Below, one piece after another: positions 1-10,021 of a stretch of DNA of 52,790 bases (positions are counted from its first letter, which is position 1; each line of letters begins with the position of its first letter). The notes under the pieces were generated by a model that worked only from the letters and a program-made list of their open reading frames with translations, was not told the origin of the DNA and ran no database searches. The DNA comes from Coleofasciculus chthonoplastes F2-STO-03 (GTDB lineage Bacteria; Cyanobacteriota; Cyanobacteriia; Cyanobacteriales; Coleofasciculaceae): the NCBI GenBank assembly GCA_040222015.1, contig JAVJWO010000012.1, positions 1 to 52,790 on the forward strand. Reading direction: 5' to 3'. The position numbers and the translations under genes were made by a program.

Positions 1-359
1 GGTATAACTGAATTTGGAGCCGTTTTAACTAACAGTTTGGCATAGTAAGTCCGGAAGAGCCGAAAGCACGTATGGAGCGATCTATATCAATTTAATAATT
101 TTATTGGTCGATGCCCTGTAGTCAATCGTAGACACGATTACTACAATGTCTCTAACTGGGAACCGAAGGTTTTGGCTGATATCGAGCAACAATGCCGGGT
201 ATCAGCCAAGCGTAAGCGTTAACGGTTATCGACCAAAAGTTACACCGTGGACTTATACCAAGACAGAATTACTGATGGGTAGGTTTGTCTAGGTTTTTAG
301 AAGCGGTTAAATTTCATAACCAATTGGCGATCGCATGATTATTTTACCCGTATGTCTGC

Positions 360-600
360 CCATCCGTCCATCCATCCGTTCATCCATCCGTTCATCCATC
401 TGTATCATCCATCTGTAGGGGCGCAAGGCTTGCGCCCATATTGTTGCGGTGCGCCCATATTATTGCGGTGCGCCCATATTATTATTGCGGTGCACCCATA
501 TTGTCGGTGATCTAAATTTACAAGGGTTGGCGTTGATCATCCATCCACCTGTAGGGGCGCAGGTTGTGCGCCCATAAACCCCAACCTGCGCCTCTACGAA
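360..600. repeat. Low-complexity CATC(C) repeats, ~19-22 bp tandem copies of CCATATT(G/A)TTGCGGTGC(G/A)C and GTAGGGGCGCA...TGCGCCC REP-like palindromes
   Basis: Repeated units are directly visible. ORF 460..732 and the 5' extension of ORF 564..2702 read through them. Confidence 0.8.
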
Positions 601-740
601 TAGATGAACCGATGGAAATCGTGATCGCTCCAGATCACCCAAGCGCGATCGCGCCTCGCCATGGTACACCGGGAAACCCGTATAATGATTGTACTCTCCT
701 GTGTCCGTATCCGCTATTTTTATACCCAACAACAGTAACG

Positions 741-2702
741 ATGAAAAATCTCTGGAATCCTCAAGCAGCCAGTCACTATCAAAGTGACTTAGAACTCAGA
801 GTTTATACATCTCGTCTCTTAGGAAAAGATCCATCTTTAGTTTTACATGGAGGCGGCAATACTTCGGTTAAAATTACCGAAAAAAACCTAGTCGGAGAAC
901 CAGAAGACATTCTTTATGTCAAAGGGAGTGGTTGGGATTTAGCCACGATTCAGAAAGAAGGGTTTGCTCCCGTCAGAATGGCTCATCTGTTGAAATTAGC
1001 AAAACTGCCAACATTATCTGATTCTCAGATGGTCAATGAGTTGAAAACTCAGATGACTGTTGCTACAGCCCCTTCTCCTTCCGTTGAAACTATTCTCCAT
1101 GCCATTTTACCTTACAAATACGTGGATCATACCCATGCAGATGCGATTGTCACCATTACCAATACTCCCAGCGGTTTCCAGCGAATCCAGGAAATTTATG
1201 GGGATAACGTTGTCATCATTCCCTATATTATGCCCGGATTTGATTTAGCCAGACTCTGTGGTGAGAAATTCCCCCTAGAAGCCGGAGAAAATACCATCGG
1301 CATGGTTTTGATGAATCATGGTATTTTTTCCTTTGGCAACACGGCGAAAGAGTCTTATGAGAGAATGATTTCACTGGTTAGTGCAGCCGAAGACTATTTA
1401 AATAACCATAACGCTTATTCTCCGTCTCCCAGTAGTGTTTGGACAGAAAAGCCTTTAGCTACACCCTTAGCCAAATTACGGCATCAGCTTTCAACAAAAG
1501 CCGGATTTCCGGTTATTTTATCCAGTCATCAAGCGCCTAAATATATGGCGTTTGCCCAACGAGACGATATTGCTGTCATTTCTCAACAAGGTCCAGCGAC
1601 ACCCGATCATGTGATTCGCACCAAGCGTCTGCCTTTAATCGGTCAAGATATTGAAGCCTATAGTCAAGCCTATCAAGACTATTTCCAAACCTATTCTAGT
1701 CCGGAACATAGAATATTAGATCCGATTCCCAGAGTTATTCTTGATCCGGAATTAGGACTCTGTACTGTTGGCAAAACGATTAAAGCTGCAAATATTGTGG
1801 CTGATATCTATGATCATACTATTGATGTGATAGAAACGGCGACCAACTTAGAGGACTATAAACCCTTATCCGCTCAAGATATCTTTGCTGTAGAGTATTG
1901 GGAATTAGAACAAGCTAAATTAAAGAAAGCCGGAAAAGAACCCGCATTCACTGGCGAAATTGCCTTAGTTACAGGAGCCGCGTCGGGTATTGGTAAAGCC
2001 TGTGTAGACTCTCTATTGAAACGAGGTGCTGCTGTTGTAGGTTTAGATATAAATAAAGATATTGAAACCCTCTATAATCGTCCTGAATTTTTCGGCATAA
2101 CCTGTGATGTCACCGATGACAACGCCATTACTCAAGCTCTCGAACAAGGGATGCGTAAATTTGGCGGCTTAGACATATTAATCCTCAATGCGGGCATCTT
2201 TCTAGGGGGGTGTCCGATTAAAGATTTATCAACCCAGGAATGGCGAAAGGTGATCAATATTAATTTGGATGCTAACTTAATTTTAATGCGAGAAAGTCAT
2301 CCATTTTTAAAATTAGCCCCCAAAGGTGGTCGAGTTGTCGTCATTGGCTCAAAAAATGTCTATGCACCTGGAGTTGGCGCTGCTGCTTATTCGGCATCTA
2401 AAGCGGCGTTACATCAATTGACACGGGTGGCGGCTTTGGAATGGAGTCAAGATAACATTCGGATTAATTCTGTACATCCGAATGCCGTTTTTGATACCGG
2501 AATTTGGACAGATGAGGTATTAAAGTCTCGTGCGGCTGCTTATGGTTTAAGCGTAGAAGAGTATAAAACCAATAATCTACTCAAGGTTAAAATAACCAGC
2601 CATGATGTCGCCGAATTAGCCGTAGAACTCTGTGGGGATTTATTCAGTAAAACAACAGCGGCGAATATTCCCATTGATGGCGGCAATGAACGAGTGATTT
2701 AG
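741..2702 (+). CDS. Bifunctional class II aldolase / short-chain dehydrogenase (rhamnulose-1-phosphate aldolase/SDR-type fusion)
   Basis: Aldolase II motifs HGGGNTSVK, KGSGWDL, PSVET, HTH and NHG; SDR motifs TGAASGIG, NAG and YSASK. Start placed at ATG 741 (MKNLWN) because the upstream extension is repeat-derived. Confidence 0.88.
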   Translation: MKNLWNPQAASHYQSDLELRVYTSRLLGKDPSLVLHGGGNTSVKITEKNLVGEPEDILYVKGSGWDLATIQKEGFAPVRMAHLLKLAKLPTLSDSQMVNELKTQMTVATAPSPSVETILHAILPYKYVDHTHADAIVTITNTPSGFQRIQEIYGDNVVIIPYIMPGFDLARLCGEKFPLEAGENTIGMVLMNHGIFSFGNTAKESYERMISLVSAAEDYLNNHNAYSPSPSSVWTEKPLATPLAKLRHQLSTKAGFPVILSSHQAPKYMAFAQRDDIAVISQQGPATPDHVIRTKRLPLIGQDIEAYSQAYQDYFQTYSSPEHRILDPIPRVILDPELGLCTVGKTIKAANIVADIYDHTIDVIETATNLEDYKPLSAQDIFAVEYWELEQAKLKKAGKEPAFTGEIALVTGAASGIGKACVDSLLKRGAAVVGLDINKDIETLYNRPEFFGITCDVTDDNAITQALEQGMRKFGGLDILILNAGIFLGGCPIKDLSTQEWRKVININLDANLILMRESHPFLKLAPKGGRVVVIGSKNVYAPGVGAAAYSASKAALHQLTRVAALEWSQDNIRINSVHPNAVFDTGIWTDEVLKSRAAAYGLSVEEYKTNNLLKVKITSHDVAELAVELCGDLFSKTTAANIPIDGGNERVI

Positions 2703-2749
2703 AGTAGAGGTTGGATACTTTTGCCCCATTCACTAATTCAAGTATTCCC

Positions 2750-2814
2750 AGAAACCGGGTTTATCATAAAAACAACAACTCTCCTATCAGCATTTCATTT
2801 TCATAACCCGGTTT
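2750..2814. repeat. AGAAACCGGGTTT...AACCCGGTTT palindromic repeat between convergent genes
   Basis: Inverted arms; the same family recurs at 26048-26114. Confidence 0.75.
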
Positions 2815-2827
2815 ATTAACCGACGCC

Positions 2828-4174
2828 CTAACCAATGATCAATTGAGTCGCATAGCTAAAATACTCTTGATACAACTGACAACTTACCGTAGCCGTGGTT
2901 TCCGTGAGATCGATCAAACCTAAACTCTTTAACTTAAATGCCAATACTTGCTCTAATTCCACAGGTGCTTGCGCCCTCAAAACTTGCTGAAAACCTGTCT
3001 CTAACTCAGGATAGTTTTGCAGATAGTTTAATTGTTCGTGCAAATATTGGCTGAAAATTCCGGTTTCACTGGTGGCTGTGCTGAATAATTCCCTTAACGG
3101 GATATCGTCAAACACGCTATGATAAAGCGCTAAATTCACTAAATAGGGAAATCCGCCGAATAAACTCATCAGTTCGGCTAATTCCGTTGATGATAACTGA
3201 ACTCCATACTGTCGGGCTAATTCTTCAACCTGATCAGCGGTAAACCTGGGTAAACTTAAGCATAACCCGACAGTAAACGGTGATTCATTCACATCTAAGG
3301 CAATATAACAATCCGTTGAATTAACAGTCACCAGTCTCAGGTTTTGCCAAATTACATTGTACTGTGCTTCCTCATGCCAGCTACGCAACAAGGCTAAAAA
3401 ATCATGGCTTAAGCTGGGAAAGTTAAACAACTAGTTCACATCATCTAATACCAGGAGTATCGGAGAATCGATGGCTGGTAGGATATAGTCTTGAATATAG
3501 GCAGTACAACTCATTAAACTACCCATATCTTCATCCCAGTAGTCATCGAGTTGAGACGCTAACTTAAGCTGTCGAGTCAGGTTGGCACAAAACCAACGCC
3601 AGAATTTTGCGGTGGAACTGAATAGTTGACTCTCGACTAAGTTTAAGCTGATGTATACTGTGGGAAAGTTGTACTCTTTAGCCTGGTTGATAATTCGTTG
3701 CGCTAGAGAGGTTTTCCCCATCTTTTGGGCAGAGGTAATCCGCAGTAATCCACCCGGTTTGAGAATTTCTTGATAACACTTGGATTCGATGGGAGAGCGC
3801 TCGATATAAAACGGAGACTCCAAGGGAATGGGGCTACCGGGCAATTGGCAGGAAATCCTTTGTTGGTTTGGGCTTAACTGAGACGGGTAGAGTTGCTTTT
3901 TTTGTGCGAGTCGGTTAGATAACTGAACGTAACAATTTTTTTTGCCAATTTTTTCTCCCCAGACATAAGTAAGCTTTTCCCATAATTGCGGCGCAATAGT
4001 ATGGCTAATATATCGCTCCGAATAATTTTGCTCTTCGGCAATTTCCCGATAGCTTTTTTGGGGATTATTCAGGACTTCCCAGAGTAAGATTTTCTGGATA
4101 TAGTTCAGTTCGGTTTGAGTTTTATTTTTGATTGATTCCAGGGCGAAATCAAATAGGTCTTGAGTAGAATGCAT
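2828..4174 (-). pseudogene. N-terminal HTH + AAA-like (AAA_35-type) NTPase interrupted by one in-frame TAG at 3431-3433
   Basis: ORFs 3431..4174 and 2828..3430 are in the same frame. Motifs SPFYIER, Walker A-like QKMGKTS, Walker B LVLDDVN*LF, then DFLALLRSWHE, SPFTVG and GGFPYL. Confidence 0.8.
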
Positions 4175-4235
4175 ATCACAACCAGTTGAAACAGTGTTGA
4201 GGAAAAAAACGGCAGTTCACAGGTGAAATTTGCCT

Positions 4236-4504
4236 GTAGGGGCGGGTTTTACGACTATCTTTTCGTTGTTAACCCCGATGAGACTAAACCCGCCCCTAGC
4301 CAATGGGATAATTTGAACCATCCCTCTAGTTGAAGATGGCGAATTACTAAAGACTAAACCCGCCCCTAGCCAATGGGATAATTTTGACCCTTTGCTTCAC
4401 TCAGGGGCATCTGACTTGTCATGGGAAGTCTAGAAACCTGAGTCGGGGCGGGTTTAGTTACTTATGGTTGCAACCGAAAAGATAGTGGTGAAACCCGCCC
4501 CTAC
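4236..4504. repeat. Cluster of GTAGGGGCGGGTTT...AAACCCGCCCCTAC REP-like palindromes plus a 34-bp direct duplication
   Basis: Palindromes at 4236-4298 and 4442-4504. AGACTAAACCCGCCCCTAGCCAATGGGATAATTT occurs at both 4281 and 4351. Confidence 0.85.
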
Positions 4505-4855
4505 ACCATTCACGCTGACTTGACGCCACATACCGTCAAAAGGTTGTTACCTGAATAGATATAGGTTATCACATGGCTCCCGCCTCAAGTCGCTAACTTG
4601 AACGGTAAAATTAGCTAATTTAATATATTGACAAAAAAAAGAAATTATGTAATCAATGCTTGTTCATAAATAAAGCCCAGTCAAACGTCAACCCGTTTTT
4701 GTAAAGACTCCATGAATTTGTGGGGAAAATTTGGTGAAGATTAGGGCAGGAGCAATAGCTAACTTTATGTGTTTTTTTCGTTCTGTAATCTGGCTAGAGT
4801 AGTTCTAACGGTTCAACTCCAAAACAATAAAAACTAACGATAAAGGTGATAAGTC

Positions 4856-6139
4856 ATGCCGACAGTAATCAATTTTGACGATTTATCTGCTGGTGCAGTT
4901 GTCAGTGATCAGTACGACGGAGTAACATTTTCAACGGAATCAGGCTATAATGTCTCGACACTCAGCTTAGCTCCTCTTTTCAACACCTCTAGTCCAAACC
5001 TCATCGGTGTAACAAATCTAAGTGGCAATCTTGATGCGAACCAAAACCTTTACCTAGACTTTGAGCAACCCGTTAATAATCTCTCCTTTAGGGTAATAGG
5101 TGACGATACCAATGGTACGGCAGCTCTGATTACTGTCTATACGGCTGATGGATCGATTGAAACCGTTAATCTCGTCACCGATGGAAATGGCTTGAACCCA
5201 GATCTTATCGATTTATCCTCATTTAGTAACATTACCCGCATTAGTATCAACACCATCACTGATGGCGGTGGTATTGGCTATGATGATTTTCAATATGAAC
5301 TAGCTCCTGTTGCCAATGCCGACAGCGTTACCACAGCTCAAAATACCCCCCTCACCATTGACGTCAGCACCCTCCTCGCCAATGACACCGATGCCGATAA
5401 CCCAGCTTCGGATTTACGCATCACTGGGGTTAGCGACGCAGTAGGCGGCACTGTCACCCTGAATGATAATGGTACTGTGGGTGATTTTAGCGATGACTTT
5501 ATCATCTTCAGCCCAGATAATAGTTTCACCGGGGATGCTAGCTTTAACTATACCCTCAGCGATGGCATCGAAAGTAGTACGGGTGCGGTGACGGTAGGAG
5601 TGACTGCCGTTGCTGGACTAATTATCGACGGCGGTAATGGCGTTGATGCCCTCAGCGGTGACGCCGGGGATGACTTTCTCAACGGTGGCAATGGTGCAGA
5701 TACCCTCGACGGTTTGGCAGGCAATGATACCTTAATCGGTGGCAGGGGTGGGGATGTCGTCAATGGTGGTAATGGTGATGACTTGCTACTGGGAGATGAT
5801 CTCAATATCGGTGCTGGCGGCGATGACATTCTCAACGGCGGTGCAGGTAACGATATTCTTGATGGTGGCAAAGGTGCTGACATCCTCACAGGCGGTGCCG
5901 GGGATGACTTGTTAACCGGTGGTAAGGGTGGCGATACCTTTGTCTTCGCGGCTGGGGAAGGTACTGATACGATTAGTGACTTCCAGTTGGGTTCAGATTT
6001 GATTGGTCTTTCTGGTGGTTTGGACTTAGGTTCTCTCACCTTTAGTGGCGATGAAATCCTGGTTGGTAGTGATGTTCTGGCTATCCTGGATGGGGTGGAT
6101 ACAACCACGCTCACGGCGGCGAATTTCGTCACGGTTTAA
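4856..6139 (+). CDS. Secreted RTX-type calcium-binding protein with cadherin-like/Ig-like domain
   Basis: [10 protein letters not shown]...LLANDTDAD...FNYTLSDG cadherin-like repeat; many GGxGxDxLx nonapeptides; C-terminal DTISDF...LTAANF type I secretion-like tail. Confidence 0.85.
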   Translation: MPTVINFDDLSAGAVVSDQYDGVTFSTESGYNVSTLSLAPLFNTSSPNLIGVTNLSGNLDANQNLYLDFEQPVNNLSFRVIGDDTNGTAALITVYTADGSIETVNLVTDGNGLNPDLIDLSSFSNITRISINTITDGGGIGYDDFQYELAPVANADSVTTAQNTPLTIDVSTLLANDTDADNPASDLRITGVSDAVGGTVTLNDNGTVGDFSDDFIIFSPDNSFTGDASFNYTLSDGIESSTGAVTVGVTAVAGLIIDGGNGVDALSGDAGDDFLNGGNGADTLDGLAGNDTLIGGRGGDVVNGGNGDDLLLGDDLNIGAGGDDILNGGAGNDILDGGKGADILTGGAGDDLLTGGKGGDTFVFAAGEGTDTISDFQLGSDLIGLSGGLDLGSLTFSGDEILVGSDVLAILDGVDTTTLTAANFVTV

Positions 6140-6148
6140 TTGCTATTC

Positions 6149-6178
6149 GTAGGGTGCGTTAGCGAAGCGTAACGCACC
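6149..6178. repeat. REP-like palindrome GTAGGGTGCGTTA...TAACGCACC
   Basis: Inverted arms; a related copy lies at 7765-7795. Confidence 0.8.
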
Positions 6179-6250
6179 TTAACCCCCATAAGTGATATGG
6201 CGGCGTAAGTCTTGAAAATTTGAAAATGTACGATCGCACAACCTGCGCCC

Positions 6251-6568
6251 CTACTCTTTCAATGCCGTTAGCAAAAACGCGATCGCGCCAAACAACTTAT
6301 CTAAATCTGTAATCGCTATTCGGGTTTTCTCTTTGGTAAAAATATCCCCCACAAGCCGCCCCATTTGCCATAATTATCCATCGGTAACAATGCCATAGAC
6401 AGGTTGTGTTTCATTCTGGTTCATCTTCTGCGCGGCAATTAACTCGGCAAGGCATTGTCCCCACCCTTCAATAAAGTTATTTTGTTTGGCTTCAACAACG
6501 ACGAGGAGCGGTAAACCCAGGATGATTTTTCCGAGTTCTGATTTGGTTGATATCAAATAATCCGGTAC
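6251..6568 (-). pseudogene. 5'-truncated relic of a cyanobacterial PD-(D/E)XK-like hypothetical protein with an internal stop
   Basis: Reads VPDYLISTKSELG...VVEAKQNNFIEGWGQCLAEL...YGIVTDG*LWQMGRL...LFGAIAFLLTALKE*. The TAA at 6374-6376 lies within continuing homology. Confidence 0.65.
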
Positions 6569-6709
6569 TTGATAGGGAACTCGTTCACCGGAAGTGAGTC
6601 CCGTTACCTGGGCTTCATGTCGCCAGATATCCCTTAGTGTCGGTTTTTGGTAAGCTTGAGCATCTGCGGTTTGCTCACCAACACGGGATTTTGTTTCAAT
6701 CAGTTAGAG

Positions 6710-7132
6710 TTAGATTCCCTCAGCCTCTTGACGTAATGCGGCAATAATCTTTGTATTAGCCTGGGGAAACGGAAACTGGTCAATTTCCTCTAGCGTAACC
6801 CAACGGATTTCATCACATTCTAAAGCTTGGGGGACACCTGACAGATGACGACAGTGATGGACAATCAACGTCACCCGAAAATGGCTATAGGCATGATCAA
6901 CCGTGATTACGCGATCGCCTACCTCTATCTCGATTCCCAATTCTTCCCGAATTTCCCGCTTAATACAGTCTGCCACAGTTTCATCCGGCTCAATTTTGCC
7001 GCCAGGAAACTCCCATAATCCACCCAATAACCCCTGTGCAGGGCGGCGGTCAATTAAAATTTGTCCTTGATTGTTCCAAATCACGGCAACACCAATGATT
7101 TTGTGAGGTAAGGGGGTAGAGGCTTCACACAT
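6710..7132 (-). CDS. mutT: NUDIX hydrolase (MutT-like; resembles the C-terminal domain of cyanobacterial MutY)
   Basis: Nudix box GGKIEPDETVADCIKREIREELG; GLLGGLWEFPGG. Confidence 0.8.
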   Translation of the reverse strand: MCEASTPLPHKIIGVAVIWNNQGQILIDRRPAQGLLGGLWEFPGGKIEPDETVADCIKREIREELGIEIEVGDRVITVDHAYSHFRVTLIVHHCRHLSGVPQALECDEIRWVTLEEIDQFPFPQANTKIIAALRQEAEGI

Positions 7133-7177
7133 GGGTAACTGAGATGCAATACCTAGATTGTACGCCTTCTACAGATG

Positions 7178-7211
7178 AAATCGGCAGCCCAGCGAATGAG
7201 CCTGCCGATTT
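7178..7211 (-). terminator. Hairpin downstream of the DUF760 gene
   Basis: AAATCGGCAG / CTGCCGATTT 10-bp inverted repeat. Confidence 0.5.
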
Positions 7212-7273
7212 TCGATTTCGTCCCAATTATCCTATTTCCTATAGATGACTTTCTTTGCTTCTGCCTTCTTAAT

Positions 7274-7615
7274 CTAGCCAGCATCTGCGCCAGAGGAATC
7301 GGTCTTTTGCAACGATTTTTCAAATGTCATGCGTTGTTCAGCTTTGCGTAGGAAATAACCACTAACCATTGCTGAGGCTAACAAACGTCCTATATTCTCG
7401 CGGCTAGTATTAATAGTGACATCAAAATGGTCTGAAGGCATATTACCCAACAATCCCATCACATTACGTTCCATGACCTGAAACACATCAGTCGAGGTGG
7501 GTTTGGATAAATGGGAAACGGTTTCTGGACTCAACGATTGTACGTACTCCCACAAATGATTATTGTCTCCATTGCCTTCAAAAAATTCTGGGACGCGATC
7601 AGATTTGTTGTTCAC
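7274..7615 (-). CDS. DUF760 family protein
   Basis: LWEYVQSLSPET...GLLG...TSRENIGRLLASAMVSGYFLRKAEQR motif pattern. Confidence 0.85.
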   Translation of the reverse strand: MNNKSDRVPEFFEGNGDNNHLWEYVQSLSPETVSHLSKPTSTDVFQVMERNVMGLLGNMPSDHFDVTINTSRENIGRLLASAMVSGYFLRKAEQRMTFEKSLQKTDSSGADAG

Positions 7616-7729
7616 CGTTTACCTCCGAGCAATAGCTCTCTATCATTCATCTAACTTAACAAGGTATAATCGATAATCAGGTAGGTGGAACCGAACCTAT
7701 CCTATTGGGTTGTCCCACAAAACATAAAC

Positions 7730-7819
7730 AGGACTTACGCAGCGACACCACTTATGGGGGCTTGCGGTGCGTTACGCTAGGCTAACGCACCCTACAGATA
7801 GAGGCTGTGCGTAAGTCCT
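7730..7819. mobile_element. MITE-like 90-bp element with 12-bp perfect terminal inverted repeats enclosing a REP palindrome
   Basis: AGGACTTACGCA (7730-7741) and TGCGTAAGTCCT (7808-7819); internal GGTGCGTTA...TAACGCACC. Confidence 0.55.
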
Positions 7820-7851
7820 AATAAAGCGAATCAGATAAGATATAAGACCAA

Positions 7852-8811
7852 CTAACTCACCGCAATATATTCACGCATATCGGCTTGGCGCTTGCGAAGC
7901 TTAGACAGCGCTTCCCGTTCAATTTGGCGGACTCGTTCACGGCTGATGTTGAGTTGATCGCCAATCTTGGCGAGTGTCATGGGTTGACCATCGACTAGAC
8001 CAAAGCGTAGCATTAGCACTTCACGTTGCTGCTCGGTTAAATCCGCCATTAACTTCTCCAGATCGACTTGCATGGCTGAATAGGTGGCAAAATCTTCGGG
8101 TGAAGGTCCGCTGTCTTCCAGGAGTTCTCCTAATTCCGTATCTTGATTATCGCCGACTCGTAGATCTAACGACAGAGGTTGACGCGCTTTCTCCAGGTAC
8201 TCCCGGACTTGCTTGGGTGTCAGATCTAATTCTGTCGCCAATTCCGATATGGTGGCGGCACGCCCTAGCGTCTGCGAGAGTTGGCGCTGGGCTTTTTTGA
8301 TTTTGTTCAGCTTTTCGGTGATGTGGATCGGTAAGCGAATTGTTCGTCCTTTCTCCGCGATCGCACGGGTAATCGCTTGGCGAATCCACCAGTAGGCGTA
8401 GGTGGAGAAACGATACCCTTTTGTTGGGTCAAATTTTTCCACACCCCGTTGCATGCCAATCGTACCTTCCTGAATCAAGTCCAGCAAGTCTACATTGCGC
8501 TTGATATATTTCTTGGCGACGGAAACCACTAGACGTAAATTGGCTTCCACCATTTTGCGCTTAGCCGTTTGACCCGCCCGAATACACGCTTGTAATTCCG
8601 CTTCCGATAGGGACGAGGCTTTCGCCCACTCACACAGCGTTGGTTCGTAACCCAATTGTTCAAACAGCGACTCTTTGGTTTGCTCTAAGGCATTTAAACG
8701 CTGGACTTGCTTTCCGTATAATATCTCTTGCTCGTGGGTCAACAGGGGTACACGACCAATTTCTTGGAGGTAAGTGCGGACAAGGTCTGTAGAGGTCTGA
8801 GCAGTTTTCAT
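7852..8811 (-). CDS. sigD: Group 2 sigma-70 factor (SigD-like)
   Basis: [41 protein letters not shown] and SRERVRQIE; no region 1.1. Start at MKTAQ (8811). Subgroup assigned from the recalled N-terminus. Confidence 0.85.
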   Translation of the reverse strand: MKTAQTSTDLVRTYLQEIGRVPLLTHEQEILYGKQVQRLNALEQTKESLFEQLGYEPTLCEWAKASSLSEAELQACIRAGQTAKRKMVEANLRLVVSVAKKYIKRNVDLLDLIQEGTIGMQRGVEKFDPTKGYRFSTYAYWWIRQAITRAIAEKGRTIRLPIHITEKLNKIKKAQRQLSQTLGRAATISELATELDLTPKQVREYLEKARQPLSLDLRVGDNQDTELGELLEDSGPSPEDFATYSAMQVDLEKLMADLTEQQREVLMLRFGLVDGQPMTLAKIGDQLNISRERVRQIEREALSKLRKRQADMREYIAVS

Positions 8812-9091
8812 AGCGATCGCTATATCTATATTATGAGTGCAGTTCAAGCAACTAAGCTCCTTTTCAGGAGGGTTCACCTCAGGCTGGGATGAACCTTTCT
8901 CTCATAGAGAATCGTTAAGTTTTATTTCAATAGGGGAAAATAGATTGATTAGAAAACTCGAAATGTGTATGACTGGGTGAGTTAAAGCCCCCATCTATAA
9001 CCCAGATTTAGAATTGGCTATCTATCCGATTTGTTTTTAGCTCTGCTTATTGCATACGTTATATCTGACACTATCTAACACTTCGTTAAAA

Positions 9092-9100
9092 ATTGTAACA
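9092..9100 (-). promoter_or_regulatory. Possible extended -10 (TGTTACAAT) for the sigma factor gene
   Basis: TGnTACAAT on the minus strand about 280 nt upstream of the start; motif only. Confidence 0.3.
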
Positions 9101-9126
9101 TATCTTAATCAAAAGCCGTCCATTTA

Positions 9127-9324
9127 GAGCAGGGGGAGCTGGGGGAGCTGGGGGAGCTGGGGGAGCAGAGGGAGCTGGGGGAGCTGGGGGAGCTGGGGGA
9201 GCAGAGGGAGCAGAGGGAGCAGAGGGAGCAGGGGGAGCAGAGGGAGCAGAGGGAGCAGAGGGAGCAGAGGGAGCAGAGGGAGCAGGGGGAGCAGGGGAAG
9301 CAGGGGAAGCAGAGGGAGCAGAGG
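9127..9324. repeat. ~22 tandem copies of 9-mer GAGC(A/T)G(A/G)GG
   Basis: Directly visible; shorter arrays near 33728, 34100 and 50270. Confidence 0.95.
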
Positions 9325-9326
9325 AC

Positions 9327-9374
9327 GAATGACAAATGACGAATGACAAATGACAAATGACAAATGACAAATGA
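9327..9374. repeat. STRR-type heptamer array (AATGACA/AATGACG)
   Basis: About 6-7 tandem heptamers running into the ATG at 9371. Confidence 0.9.
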
Positions 9375-10009
9375 CTCAAAACATCTGGATTGCCCGACAC
9401 GGAAATCGCCTCGACTTTGTTAACCCTGACTGGTTTAACACAGCAGAACGTCCTTATGATCCCCCCTTATCGGACGATGGCGTTGGTCAAGCGCGGGAGT
9501 TAGGTGAACGGTTAAAGGGGGAGACGATTAAGCACATTTTTGCCTCACCGTTTTTGCGAACGGTACAAACCGCGAACCAAATTGCTCAGATTTTGGACTT
9601 ACCAATTAAGATAGAGGCGGGTTTGAGTGAATGGCTGAATCCGGAATGGATCAAAGCAGAGCCAGAACGACTGTCTGTTGAGGAATTACAACAGCGTTTT
9701 CCCTGTATTGATTCGGGTTATACCTCCCGCGTCATCCCTCAGTATCCAGAAACAAATGAGAACGTGCTAGAACGCACCGCTCAAACAGCACGCCTGCTGA
9801 CCAAAGAATTCGCAGAGGATATCTTATTAGTGGGTCATGGTGCTTCAGTCGTCGGTGCGACTTGGGGATTAATACCAGGTCAACCCGAAGTGAACGCCGC
9901 TTTATGCTGTTTAGTTAAACTCTTGCGTCATGAGGAAAAATGGGTGATGGAACTCAATGGGGATACTTCCCACCTCAGTCAAACTGAAGACGTGATTCGA
10001 TTTCATTAA
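9371..10009 (+). CDS. Histidine phosphatase (phosphoglycerate mutase family) protein
   Basis: RHG motif, SPFLRTVQTA and LLVGHG. Confidence 0.9.
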   Translation: MTQNIWIARHGNRLDFVNPDWFNTAERPYDPPLSDDGVGQARELGERLKGETIKHIFASPFLRTVQTANQIAQILDLPIKIEAGLSEWLNPEWIKAEPERLSVEELQQRFPCIDSGYTSRVIPQYPETNENVLERTAQTARLLTKEFAEDILLVGHGASVVGATWGLIPGQPEVNAALCCLVKLLRHEEKWVMELNGDTSHLSQTEDVIRFH

Positions 10010-10021
10010 AGTTAAGATTCT

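Noticed and set aside
564..740. 59-aa N-terminal extension of the aldolase/SDR ORF
   Set aside because: Reads through REP/HIP1-rich DNA from a TTG; family-like sequence begins at ATG 741.
5548..6132. 194-aa Pro/Ser-rich minus-strand ORF
   Set aside because: Antisense shadow of the Gly/Asp-rich RTX repeats.
9127..9324. Possible CRISPR array
   Set aside because: Contiguous 9-mers with no unique spacers; no repeat-spacer array was seen anywhere in the window.
9086..9400. Three overlapping low-complexity ORFs (PSA, CSL and LLP repeats)
   Set aside because: All are translations of the stop-free 9-mer array.
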